Part shown: piece by piece, positions 1-11,865 of the stretch
Layout: the number at the start of each line of letters is the position of its first letter
Numbering within the stretch: the stretch's first letter is position 1
Assembly: GCA_964016885.1 (NCBI GenBank)
Contig: OZ024740.1
Span: forward strand, 407,898,001-407,962,000
DNA length: 64,000 bases
Origin: Eledone cirrhosa
Taxonomy: Eukaryota
Direction: 5' to 3'
Position numbers and translations under genes: made by a program
Notes under the pieces: model-generated
The model's input: the letters and a program-made list of their open reading frames with translations, nothing else
Told to the model about the DNA's origin: nothing
Databases searched by the model: none

Positions 1-640
1 TGTTGTTTACTCGAGAGAAGACTACGTTGGTATGGACACGTGATGCGCATGAAAGTCGATAGCTGTATAACAAAGTTCAGGGCAATAAAGATAGACGGTA
101 GCCACAGAATAGGCAGACCTAGAAAAACCTGGGACGAGCTGATAAACTCCGACCTCACACACTTACACCTCTCCAAGACAATGTCACTGGACCGAGACCT
201 TTGGCGGTACTCAGTAACAGAGAAGACCCGCCTTACCTAAATAAATATATAGTAAAACCTACTCCAGCCAGTAGGCATCTCTAACAAAATACACCCCGTC
301 CCACCACCACCACCCCCACCCCATCCACACCACCCCGTTCTATGTAAAGTTATGTTGGTGCCGCGCCATCGAGGCCGAAACAAATGAGATCGTGTAGGTG
401 TCACGACAAAAAAACACACAGTCCACGCTATAATGTGGCCGTGTAGGCAACACGGTAAAAACCTCCCAGACCCACACTGTAAATGTGGTTGGTGTTAGGA
501 AGGGCATCCAACTGTAGAAAACCTGCCAGACAGTCCTATGCGAGCAAGACAATCACTCTTGCCTCAAGTGGGACTACCCCCGTCCAAACCCATGCAAGCG
601 TGGAACACGGACGTTAAACGTTGATGATGATGATGATGAT
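1..640 (+). mobile_element. RTE-clade LINE, 3' part (family A), cut by window edge
   Basis: ORF C-terminus RLRWYGHVMRM...GRPRKTW, 3' UTR nearly identical to 8232-8634, (GAT)n tail. Confidence 0.95.
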
Positions 641-788
641 AAATGTAACATTCTCTTATTGCATAAGCACAGTTATGGCTCTATGGATAAGGGGCTCACT
701 TTGCAGCTGCCAGATTTTTGGTTTAACCCCACTTCATGGCTTGTTGGGAAAATGTCATCAACTATAGCCTTGGGTTGATCAATGCCTT

Positions 789-1040
789 CATCATCATGAT
801 CATCATCATTTTACACCCGCTTTTCCCTGCTTCCAAGGGTGAGGCGGGTCCTATTCAGCACAGTATCTCTCCACTTGTCACGGTCCTTTGTCATCTTCTC
901 CGTGACCTTCAACAATCTGAAGTCTGCTCTCACCATCTCTGCCCATGTTTTTCGTGGTCTTTCTCTACTGCGTCTTCCTTCTACTGGCATTTCTTGGCAC
1001 TTCTTTACCCAGCGGTCATCCTCCATGCACATCATATGTC
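789..1040 (-). mobile_element. RTE-clade LINE 3' fragment (family B)
   Basis: DDRWVKKC...RPRKTW...DRDKWR peptide on minus strand; (CAT)n tail at 789-810. Confidence 0.85.
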
Positions 1041-4000
1041 TATGGTAGATGGAAACTGCAGATGTTCATCTTATATATATATATATGTACACATATATGT
1101 GTGTGTGTCTCCATGTGTGTTTATCCTTGTATTAACATTTACTGTTTGTTTATACCATGTAGATTAGTGGATTGACAAATAGAGATTGATAAAATAGGTA
1201 CCTAACCTTAAAAAGTTATAAATAATGGGATCAGTATAACCAAGTAAATTTCTTGAAAGCAATGCCCCAGAAATGCTGCCATCTAATGACTGAAGCCAGT
1301 AAAAAAAAAAAAAAAAGAACCTTCTCAACAAATCAACAGGAACAGATTTGCTGACAACATAAATGAAAGTCACTGCAAATATCTAGCAAATAAATCTACA
1401 GCAGTTTTGGCAGTATTTGAACTCAGTACCATTATGACATGTTGGACAGACATAATTTAATGAAGAAATTAAACAATTTTTAGTTATTAGAAAATCCTCA
1501 TCTAATACTCAAGTGATCTATGAAACAAATACCCCCCCCCCCCCCCCCTAAAAAAAAAAAAACAATTCAAGGAAATAAAATGAGCCAAAAATATCTCATT
1601 GAAGCTACAACAATCAACCTCTTTTCTATTTATTTAACATTGAGGAAATTTTAAATGAAATGAATGTACACTGCACTAATTTTATTAATTGGTAGAAAGA
1701 ACACGTTTATTATACTTTATTTTCAAAATGTTAATATAGCTATCACTTAGAATCAGGGCCTGATTAAGCCCTTTTGAAGCCCTAAGAACTGAAAATATTT
1801 TGGCAGTTTCTTTTTGTGAATAGAGTTAAGTATCTTCTAGTATGTTGCTGTCCTGAACATAATCCTCAAGCTGTTCTCTGTAAGATCATTTACACTGAAT
1901 ATCTTTCAAAGGAGCAGTTTATGTCAACTGTTTTAGACAACACAAATATCATATTGTGCCTCTATCTGAAAATGTGCCTTTAAGTTTTTTGTGATCCCCC
2001 TCATAGATCAATGTTTTGTCATCAACCTCAGTGTTTAATTTCCATGCACTATATTTGTATTGGCATATCTGAAGAAGTTTCTATCCTCTGCTATTTTGAT
2101 TCTCAGTTTTCTGAAGGAAATGTACTTTACATTGTGCGTGTTTATTCCAATATAGTAACAAATGTGTTTATATTTAATTCTGACAATCAATTCATTCTGT
2201 ATAAACTGAATTTATGTTTTATTACTGAACAATTTTATCTTTTAATCAGCATTTGTTGCTTGGTATAACTGTGTAACCTACATATATTCAACGTTGAATT
2301 TGGATCATTGAACAAGAAAATGGAACAAAATATTCCTTATTAACAAAACAGTCTCAAGCCGTTTCACTACCATTTTTCAGAATATTCAAGAATTTAGTTA
2401 TAAAACTTTCTCATTATTATGCTGGTGATTTTACATAAAATTATAATGAAGGATTTTTATGTAGATATAAATACTTTAAACAAAACAGTTTTATATCATA
2501 GAACGGGGGTGGTTTCAGGCAGTTTGGTATCAAAACAGCTACTTATCTTTTAATGAATAATTCATTTTCCCAATTTACATTTAATGACAATCTTTATGGA
2601 AGAATATTCAAAATATGTCAGATGGAACAGCATAAAGTATAATCATTATAAAAATTGAATTGAGGTTGACAGGTATGAGGTCAATGTAAAAGAAAGTTAG
2701 GGAAATACTAACTCTAGAAAATAGTTGAACTGATGGCATGGGAATACAAAAAGAATGCCATACAATATGGTTAGCAAGTGATTACTAATAAAGATGCAAT
2801 TTAAGTAATCCGTAGAGGCTTTATCTTATAATTATGGATTTTAGTCAAGATGTTTTCATACCAATGTCTTTCATGGTTAATTATACATTGTACCTGTGTA
2901 CCAATAGCATATAGGGAAACCTTTAATATATATGTAAACATAGCTCTGTTGTGAAGATTGCTTTGGATTAAAATCCAATTTAGCAAGAGCATATAATTAG
3001 GAACTGAAATATTAGGATTTCCAGTCTATATAGGTAATTATACTGGGCATTAGGAAAGTCTGAGTCATGTACTCTCCTACGTAGTTGTAGACATCTTGTA
3101 AACATTCTATTATATTGAGAATGCAGTGATATTTAGACAAAAAGTGACTAAAGCTAATTATATATCACACAGAATACAATCTAATCTATTGAGTGCTTAT
3201 TTATGAAGATTCTTTTTCGTCAAGAGTATAAAGTCTTATTTCATATAAAGTTTTCTAGGTCCCAAAACCATTTGCTATATGTTTTACTATTATAAATACT
3301 TTTAAACATATAAAAAGAAAATTAAGACCCTGTAACTCACACATTTTAAAATCTTTGGCAGGTAAAAGATTTTTTATAGATCATTTTAATTTTTTTCCCC
3401 ATCATTATGTTAGCTTCCTTACAGGAAAACATCCACAATTAATATTTTTTTATAACACTGCTAAAATGTAATCATCATATGAACATACAATTTGAGGAGT
3501 AACTAACAGAAAATTTCAGCTAGATTGAGTTGCCATTTGTTTTTATTATGAAAATAATTTTTTCTGATAGGTTAAATTTAAAAGAATTTTCCATATATTC
3601 TGTCACCCGAATTGTGTTAACAATTATGTAATCCAACAGCAGAAACAGCAACAACACACACATACACAGTTAATATATAGATTTTAGATTATATATTTCT
3701 GCTACCATTTCTTCATTATATTTTCTTCATTTATTTTCCTATCTCCAACTAAAAGTTAAAATAAACATTAAATAAACAAAACGATATGAAATCTATTTTA
3801 TTGCATTTATTCTCTAAACTTCCCCCTTGAGTATATTCGACCATTTAGCATGCAACTTAATCCAAGTGCCATCAGTCATGCAAGAGTAGAATCAAGTGAT
3901 TAATTGGTTTCTCTTTTTCAACTTATGAAATTATGTGATTCTGAATTATCAATTATCTCTCTCTCTAGGAAAGCTAAATCTTCAATTGTATGTGCTAAAT

Positions 4001-5167
4001 TACTTAAAACCTACAAATAGTATGATATCTAATAGCAACAAGCAAGTAGAAGTTGAAAGTAGTTTCCTACTTGCATTTTTCGCAACACCAAGAAGTTTAA
4101 GAATAAGGAATACATAACCTATAACCTGATTATAGCTACAGTAAATACTCCCATTAAGATAACAACAAATACTTATGAACATTTTGTATTTTGACTGTTT
4201 AGTCAAGAAGGGAAAAGTAAAGCTCAAGATCCTGCTCAGGACTGCCAAGACTAATGGGAAGAAAGATATCCTCCAATTGGAGACCTATCCTGAATACTTG
4301 CAATAAAGTGGATACTGTTAAATGTACTCAAGGACTAGGTGTTAGTATTACACTAGGTGACAGATCGTGTCTACCATCAAAGTAAACCACAGTGAGAGCC
4401 AGAACAAATAATGCAATACACTCTAATTATTTCTAATTTGCCACACATAACTGAATGTCAAGTATTTCATCTTTACTTACGCCAGCCTAACTATAGATAT
4501 TTAATCTAAACTGTGATCTAAACCAACATTGTGCAAGTGAATTAATATTCTATGCCACTGTTTCAGCAGTTAAATATTTATAGAATACATTGTTTGTTTA
4601 GTAAATGAGGAATCATAGAAAAACAAAAAGAAAACAATATACAAATTGCATATGAGTTATTAGATTAGAAACACAAGTCCAAAATATATTTTAAGTAAAC
4701 ATTAAGAATAATTTCTGAATTATTACGAGTTTATTCTTAATTGTTGCTAAATAACAACAGTGAATTAATATGGTCAACAAATTATTTATCATATTGTAAA
4801 TAAACCTGAGATTACTTAAGAATGGATAAAAACAGGATTTTTCTTCAATTTCTGTTTGTTATACATATTTTGTTACAAATATATGCCGCCCCAGAGTCAA
4901 TGAGAAAGCCTCTATGTAATTATCTCAAATTACACCATATCACCTTAAAAAAGGATCGACATATTCAATATTGTAGTTCTAGATACACTAAAGCAATATG
5001 GGATGGTCATGAATACCTTTGATCAGTGTTGACCTGGGGCTAAACAATGACAGCACCCTTAAAGTAAAGAGTCTTTATCCTCTAAAATGAGAAAATATAC
5101 AAAAAGGAATATCTGTTAATAAGTACAAATATTTTTAGTATCAAGTTCATAAAAGAATATTTGTTCA

Positions 5168-8100
5168 ATTCTTCATCCCAAACGCAATCCAAAACTTCAG
5201 AGTTGGTACCATAAATGTAGGCACCCTAAAGGGTCGCGCTAACGAGGTTGTAGAAATGCTTGAACGTAAGGAGGTCGATGTTTGTTGTATTCAAGAGACC
5301 AGGTGGAGGGGTGGGTCTGCTAGGTTCATTGAGGGTAAAAAACGATGTTATAAGCTTTTCTGGGTGGGAAACGACGATGGGCTGGGTGGAGTAGGAATCA
5401 TGGTAGCAGAAAAGTGGGCAGATAAGATAATAGACGTAAATAGAGTGAACGACAGAATAATTAAAATACGACTTGTCCTCAATAGAACTACGGTGACAGT
5501 AATATCTGCGTACGCACCCCAATCCGGACTGCCCGGCACTATAAAAGACAGATTCTATGAGACACTGATGCTAACTACCTCCCAAATATCCGACAGTGAC
5601 TATATAATTATCGCAGGCGACCTAAATGGTCACGTTGGACAACATTGTGACGGCTACAACGAAATCCATGGAGGCTATGGGTTTGGTACTAGAAATGAGG
5701 AAGGCTCCAGAATCCTGGAATTCTGTGATGCAAATAACCTAACTATCTGTAACACTAACTTCAAAAAACGTGACAATCACCTGATCACCTATAGATCCGG
5801 GGAACACACAAGCCAGGTAGATTATATCCTTACCAGAAGACGTGACAGAGTGTCTGTTGTTAACACTAAATCCCTCCCCCATGAAGAATGCACCTCCCAA
5901 CATAGACTGATAATTAGCGACCTCATAGTCAGGACGAGACGTACTCGACAACAGAAGAGGACTATCCTCAGGAGGAAAATATGGAAGCTAAAGGACCCCA
6001 CAGCCAGGAATAAATTTCAAAGCATATTACTTGATGCTTTCGACAGTAAGGAAGAACATTTAGAGTCGGACAATATAGAGGGAGAGTGGGAATTTCTGAA
6101 AGCAAACCTGCTGTTGGCGACAGACGAGGTCTGTGGCTGGAGCAGGCCTGTAGGCAGGAGGAGAGTAACATGGTGGTGGAACAGTAAGGTGGAGGGGTCA
6201 ATTAAGGCCAAAAAGCAGGCTTGGAAAGTATGGCGGGATGGGGGAAGTAGAGAGGACTATCAAGTGGCCAGGAGGGAAGCTAGGAGACAAGTGTACTTAG
6301 CAAGAAGGGAAGCTGAGGAAAGAAAGTTCAAGCATGTTCTACAACGCGATGACCAAAAACGTGAGGTGTTCAGGATTGCTAGGCAATGCGTCAAGGAAAA
6401 CCGTGATATTGTCGGGGAGAAGTGTGTACTAAACGACGATGGCACACTTGCCATCACCGACGCTGATAAGAAGGTAGCTTGGAAGTGTCACTATGAAAGG
6501 CTTCTAAATGAGGAGAATAATTGGGAGAAAGGCAGTCTCCCCCATATCGACCCAATAGAGGGACCAGCAGTGTTAGTCGAGGGGAGTATAATAAGTAAGG
6601 CAATCAAGGATATGAAGACTGGTAAGGCGGCTGGGCCTTCGGAAATAGTTGCTGAGATGCTGAAGGCATCTGGCACGGTGGGACACACCATGGTCACCCG
6701 CATAGTTAACCAAGTCGTACAGAATGGGGTTGTTCCGAAGGACTGGCATAGCAGCATCATCGTTAACTGTTATAAGGGTAAAGGAGACGCCCTAGATAGG
6801 AGTAACTATAGAGGCATTAAATTAATCGACCAGGTCATGAAGGTCACGGAAAGAGTAATAGCGCAACTAATCAGAGAGAGAATTGACCTAGATGAAATGC
6901 AGTTCAGGTTTGTGTCAGGCAAAAGTACCACAGACGCTCTTTTCATAGTACGACAACTACAGGAGAAGTACCTAGCTAAAGGTAAACCCCTCTACTTAGC
7001 TTTTGTCGACTTGGAGAAAGCCTTCGACAGAGTCCCCCGCTCCATTATCTGGTGGGCTCTTAGAAAACTAGGCGTTGACGAATGGCTTGTGAGGGCTATA
7101 CAAGCCATGTATAAAGAAACAGTCAGCAAGGTTAGAATTAACAACGAATATAGTGAAGAGTTTAGCGTAAAAGTTGGCGTCCATCAGGGCTCTGTTCTCA
7201 GTCCACTACTATTTATTATTGCCCTTCAGGCTATAACAGAGGAGTTCAAGACAGGCTGCCCATGGGAACTCCTATACGCAGACGACCTGACACTCATAGC
7301 GGAATCAATGGCCGAGCTAGAGAAGAAATTCCAAACATGGAAGCACGGCCTAGAGTCAAAAGGACTTAAAATTAACCTGGCTAAGACCAAAGTACTAGTT
7401 TGTAGGAAAGAAAACAAGGCGGCGGTCCCTTCTGGGAAATGGTCGTGCTCGGTGTGTAGGAAAGGCGTAGGTAGAAACTCCATTTTATGTCCTAAATGCA
7501 AAGTATGGGTGCATAAAAGATGTAGTGGGATCACAGGTAAGCTAACTAAGAACATAGATTTTACATGTGGCCGGTGCTCTGGTGCAATAAGTAGCAGCAA
7601 GTGCCCACAAACTACTAGCTCTTTCAATTGCGCAGAGGGTTCTATAGAAATAGTGGACAGCTTCCGTTACCTGGGCGATAAAATCAGCAGTGGGGGAGGG
7701 TGCTCTGAAAGTACTGTAGCTAGAGTCAGAACTGGTTGGAAAAAGTTCAGAGAGCTTATACCACTATTAGCTGCTAAAGGGTTCTCACTAAAAATGAAAG
7801 GCAGGTTGTACGATGCCTGCATACGAACAGCAATGCTGCATGGCAGTGAGACCTGGGCATTGTGTGCAGAGGATATACGCAGACTAGAGAGGAACGAAGC
7901 TTGCATGCTCCGCTGGATGTGTAACAGTAATATACGTGAACGGCAAAGCATAAACGAACTAAGGAAAAAATTAGAGATAAGAGGGATCAGATGTTGTTTA
8001 CTCGAGAGAAGGCTACGTTGGTATGGACACGTGATGCGCATGAAAGTCGATAGCTGTATAACAAAGTGCAGGGCAATAAAGATAGACGGTAGTCACGGAA

Positions 8101-8634
8101 TAGGCAGACCTAGAAAAACCTGGGACGAGCTGATAAACTCCGACATCACACACTTACACCTCTCCAAGACAATGTCACTGGACCGAGACCTTTGGCGGTA
8201 CTCAGTAACAGAGAAGACCCGCCTTACCTAAATATATAGTAAAACCTACTCCAGCCAGTAGGCATCTCTAACAAAATACACCCCGTCCCACCACCACCAC
8301 CCCCACCCGATCCACACCACCCCGTTCTATGTAAAGTTATGTTGGTGCCGCGCCATCGAGGCCGAAACAAATGAGATCGTGTAGGTGTCACGACAAAAAA
8401 AACACACAGTCCACGCTGTAATGTGGCCGTGTAGGCAACACGGTAAAAACCTCCCAGACCCACACTGTAAATGTGGTTGGTGTTAGGAAGGGCATCCAAC
8501 TGTAGAAAACCTGCCAGACAGTCCTATGCGAGCAAGACAATCACTCTTGCCTCAAGTGGGACTACCCCCGTCCAAACCCATGCAAGCGTGGAACACGGAC
8601 GTTAAACGTTGATGATGATGATGATGATGATGAT
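5168..8634 (+). mobile_element. Near-full-length RTE-clade LINE (family A), 5'-truncated
   Basis: Single long ORF, ~400-nt 3' UTR, (GAT)n tail; no 5' UTR or clear TSD seen. Confidence 0.95.
5256..8231 (+). CDS. RTE ORF: APE endonuclease + reverse transcriptase + PHD-type zinc finger
   Basis: CIQETRW, AGDLNGHVG, SQVDYIL, SQHRL (APE); FVDLEKAFD, QGSVLSP, LYADD (RT); C4HC3 at 7446-7577. Frame is open upstream through GTINVGTL to a stop at 5136 with no ATG. Confidence 0.95.
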   Translation: MLERKEVDVCCIQETRWRGGSARFIEGKKRCYKLFWVGNDDGLGGVGIMVAEKWADKIIDVNRVNDRIIKIRLVLNRTTVTVISAYAPQSGLPGTIKDRFYETLMLTTSQISDSDYIIIAGDLNGHVGQHCDGYNEIHGGYGFGTRNEEGSRILEFCDANNLTICNTNFKKRDNHLITYRSGEHTSQVDYILTRRRDRVSVVNTKSLPHEECTSQHRLIISDLIVRTRRTRQQKRTILRRKIWKLKDPTARNKFQSILLDAFDSKEEHLESDNIEGEWEFLKANLLLATDEVCGWSRPVGRRRVTWWWNSKVEGSIKAKKQAWKVWRDGGSREDYQVARREARRQVYLARREAEERKFKHVLQRDDQKREVFRIARQCVKENRDIVGEKCVLNDDGTLAITDADKKVAWKCHYERLLNEENNWEKGSLPHIDPIEGPAVLVEGSIISKAIKDMKTGKAAGPSEIVAEMLKASGTVGHTMVTRIVNQVVQNGVVPKDWHSSIIVNCYKGKGDALDRSNYRGIKLIDQVMKVTERVIAQLIRERIDLDEMQFRFVSGKSTTDALFIVRQLQEKYLAKGKPLYLAFVDLEKAFDRVPRSIIWWALRKLGVDEWLVRAIQAMYKETVSKVRINNEYSEEFSVKVGVHQGSVLSPLLFIIALQAITEEFKTGCPWELLYADDLTLIAESMAELEKKFQTWKHGLESKGLKINLAKTKVLVCRKENKAAVPSGKWSCSVCRKGVGRNSILCPKCKVWVHKRCSGITGKLTKNIDFTCGRCSGAISSSKCPQTTSSFNCAEGSIEIVDSFRYLGDKISSGGGCSESTVARVRTGWKKFRELIPLLAAKGFSLKMKGRLYDACIRTAMLHGSETWALCAEDIRRLERNEACMLRWMCNSNIRERQSINELRKKLEIRGIRCCLLERRLRWYGHVMRMKVDSCITKCRAIKIDGSHGIGRPRKTWDELINSDITHLHLSKTMSLDRDLWRYSVTEKTRLT

Positions 8635-9475
8635 CTCTGGATGCATGTTTTATCTATGGGTTAGTGTGTGTTTCAGGTGTTAGAAAGAATTGCTATCATC
8701 ATGAAAATGAAGCTCTTAAAAAATAGAAAGAATAATGAGGCATACTATTATTGGTATATTTCCAATACCATAACAATTTAGTAAGGTGCATTCTATGATC
8801 AGTTATATTAAATGCCTTACATCATCATCATCATCGTTTAATGTGCATTTCCATGCTAGCATGGGTAGGACGGGCTGTGCCTTACTGTTCAGAAACAAGA
8901 CTCTTATGACCCCCCTCCCTCACACGGAAAAGCATACACATACTGTTTAATATTATTAATTGCTGAAAGATGCAGTAGAAGCAGACTTTATAAAATTGGG
9001 AACATGAAGTTAGACCATAAAATCCAAATGATATAGGATAAAATCACATAAAAATTAGGTACGCAGATCTGCACAACATATACCAGTAAATATTTTATGA
9101 CATGATGACATGTACAGGCATAATCATTTGGAAAGTAAAGAAAATAATTATAGCGCCGTATGTTCTCAAACATAAGTCAATAAAATCCAAAAATATCAAC
9201 TGAGCTTTACATATTTTTGGTTTTAAATGGATTTAATATAAAAAGCAGAAAATAAATTTATATGAATTTTATCTATAAAAGTTGTGTAAATTAGTGTTGA
9301 TTGAAGGTTGCTACCTCTCACTAGCAATCTCTTCATATTCCAGCAGAAGAATCTATTTTTCTCTGTAAAGGTTTTAGTGGCAATAAAGCAAACTCAAAGG
9401 AAAATGAAAATATATTTTCCAGAGATGAAGCAAACCCCCAAACTTACTCTGTAGAAATAAAATAATGCTAATAAT

Positions 9476-9668
9476 AATTGTTTCTACTTTTGGCACAAGA
9501 CCAACAATTATCCCAGTGTATTACTGGTGCTTTATTTTATCGACCCCATAAGGATGAATGGCAAAGTTAACCTCGGCGGGATTTGAACTCAGATCGTAAA
9601 GGGCCGTAACTCTATGCCGCAAAGCATATCATCCAATTCTCTACCGAAACTGCCAATCCACCGCCCTA
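9476..9668 (-). mobile_element. tRNA-derived SINE, MetaSINE-like core
   Basis: A-box-like TGGCAGTTTCGG, B-box GTTCAAATC, core similar to GCCTTTCATCCTTACGGGGTCGATAAAATAAAGTACCAG; more than 12 copies in window. Confidence 0.85.
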
Positions 9669-10504
9669 ATGCTAATAATAATAAATTCTAATTTAGGCTC
9701 AAGGCGCGGGGGGTAGAGAAAAATTGAGTAGTACTTGACTGGTATTTTACTGATATCAGGTGGATAAAAAGCAAAGGTAACGTCAGTAGGATTTGAACTC
9801 AGAATGTAAAGAGCCAGAACAAATACCATAATGTATTTGTTTGATGAGCTAACAGTTAAACATTCTAATAGTATTAAAGAGAATATTTATTGAATTTTCA
9901 AAATTTATTCCTCACCATTAGCTAGATAAATTATCAAAAATGTATATGATAAATGAATATATTAATATGTAAGTTCTTAAGTTTTATTAAACAGTATAGC
10001 TATGAATACACTGATGTGTCACCATATTTTTGTTTGCTTCGTATTATACATATTTGAATTTTTGTGAAATAATAACTAGAGAATTCATGTAAGTTGCTCA
10101 ATTTGGGTGGCACATACCTGCCAATGGTTGTTCAAATACCTTAAAAAGCTAATTAATTTTTGGTTTCATTTTGAAAATATAAATTTTGATGTTTGACAAT
10201 CATTGAATATATTCTTGATACTTTAAGGAAGATATGTGTAGAAATTATGTGGCTGAATAAATGGGACATTGGACATCCTGCTCATGTTTCAGATGTCATA
10301 TGTACTGCAGATGATTTATCATATCACTGGGTAATATATGTAATTCCTTATTCATTAGTTCAATTAGCTGTTGGGAATTAGAGTCAGATATGCAATAGAG
10401 CTGCATCCTATTCAAAACAACATTTTTTGCTCATTTGCTTAGTGCTACAGAAAGCAGAATTTTGTACCAATCCTAGGAATTTACAGGGTTTGAACCAACA
10501 AGGA

Positions 10505-10695
10505 AGCTCTATGTTGCTGGTTGACATTCTAGAAATAGCAGCCAAATCTCCCATAAACTAGTTTCTTAGAAAAGGGCTTGGATAATATGATCCTCAGTTC
10601 TCTGCACATAGGAAAAAGACTAGATGGTCACAGCTGGAATGCTTTTGGTCATAAGACTACTCAACCAGAGCTGACTTTGTGCTAAACAACAACCA
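10505..10695 (+). repeat. Second dispersed SINE-like repeat family
   Basis: AGAAATAGCAGCCAAATCTC...GAATGCTTTTGGTCAT...GCTAAACAACAAC; related copies near 4880-5050, 55810-56015, 60068-60270 and 63055-63200 (-). Confidence 0.55.
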
Positions 10696-11519
10696 GTTCT
10701 GAGATTTGTGAAAGGATTAATGCAGAAGGTAGAAGCTAAGTAAATAGCTAAAGAAGCTTCAAGATTGTAAAGTATAAAAAAAAAATTGGCAACATTTCAG
10801 AATGAATGTGTTGATCTTTATGTTTAAAGCAAAGTTCAATATATAACCAATACATTACATTTAACCTGACAATGCAGTCTGAAGATATTCTCATCAATAC
10901 AAATCCTTTATTGTTAGAATATAAGTCATGTGTTTCTTAAGCTGCTATATTATGCTAAAAGTATTAAAAAGCAATGGATCACATGTACTATGGAGCTCCA
11001 ATTATAGTATATACTACATTTTATCAGTTTCTGTTGGGTCAAGGTTATTTTGTCCTTTTTTCTTTTGTATTGATGTGGTCTGGAAAACGAGGTTGAGCTG
11101 ATGATTTTCATAGGCCTTTTGCATTAAGTGAGATCAATACAACTATTTATTTTGTCAGTATTAAGTCAGTGTTCATGGTCTTTGCAAGCCCTCCAAAATA
11201 TGTGAGACAGATGCCATTGATGTTCCATTTAAACTGTAGGAAGACAATTGCCTTAGGGCTGTCATTCTAGGAAGGAAAATCTGGGCATAATTGTTAGTGC
11301 AGTACCAGAGGGGGTGGGGGGAACTAGATGCAACATGGGTTTTGAGAAGAGGAGAGACAAGTAAGTCAAAAGTACCTGAATGGAAGTGGCTCAAGACCAG
11401 CCAGATCAGGGAAACAGAGGCCACTGTTATAGCTGTAAAAATGGCAACAAAGACCCATAACAGTAGAATTTTACACTTGAAGTGCTGGAATTGATAGCTG
11501 CAAGAAAATCATGGACAAT

Positions 11520-11865
11520 GAGGGAATTCCAAAGGGTTGATTTTCTAGATGAGTTGAGAGAGAAACTGTGTATAAGAGGGATAAGTTGTGGTGTGTGGGA
11601 GAGAAGACTGAGATGGTATAGTCATGTGATGCACATGAAGGATGACCGCTGGGTAAAGAAGTGCCAATAAATCCCAATAGAAGGAAGACGTAGTAGAGGA
11701 AGACCACGAAAAACATGGGCGGAGGTGGTGAGAGCAGACCTCAGATCGCTGAAGCTCACGGAGGAGATGACAAAGGACCGTGACAAGTGGAGAGATGCTG
11801 TACTGAATAAGACCCGTCCCACCCTTGCAAGCAGGAAAAAGTGGATGTAAAATAATGATGATGAT
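11520..11865 (+). mobile_element. RTE LINE 3' fragment (family B), degenerate
   Basis: LREKL...ERRLRWYSHVMHMKDDRWVKKC, (GAT)n tail. Confidence 0.85.

Noticed and set aside
3335-3430. Possible KCNT exon 2 (minus-strand GTGAGT donor)
   Set aside because: No match to the expected VEFY..ENTFKERL..FFIKNQRS peptide
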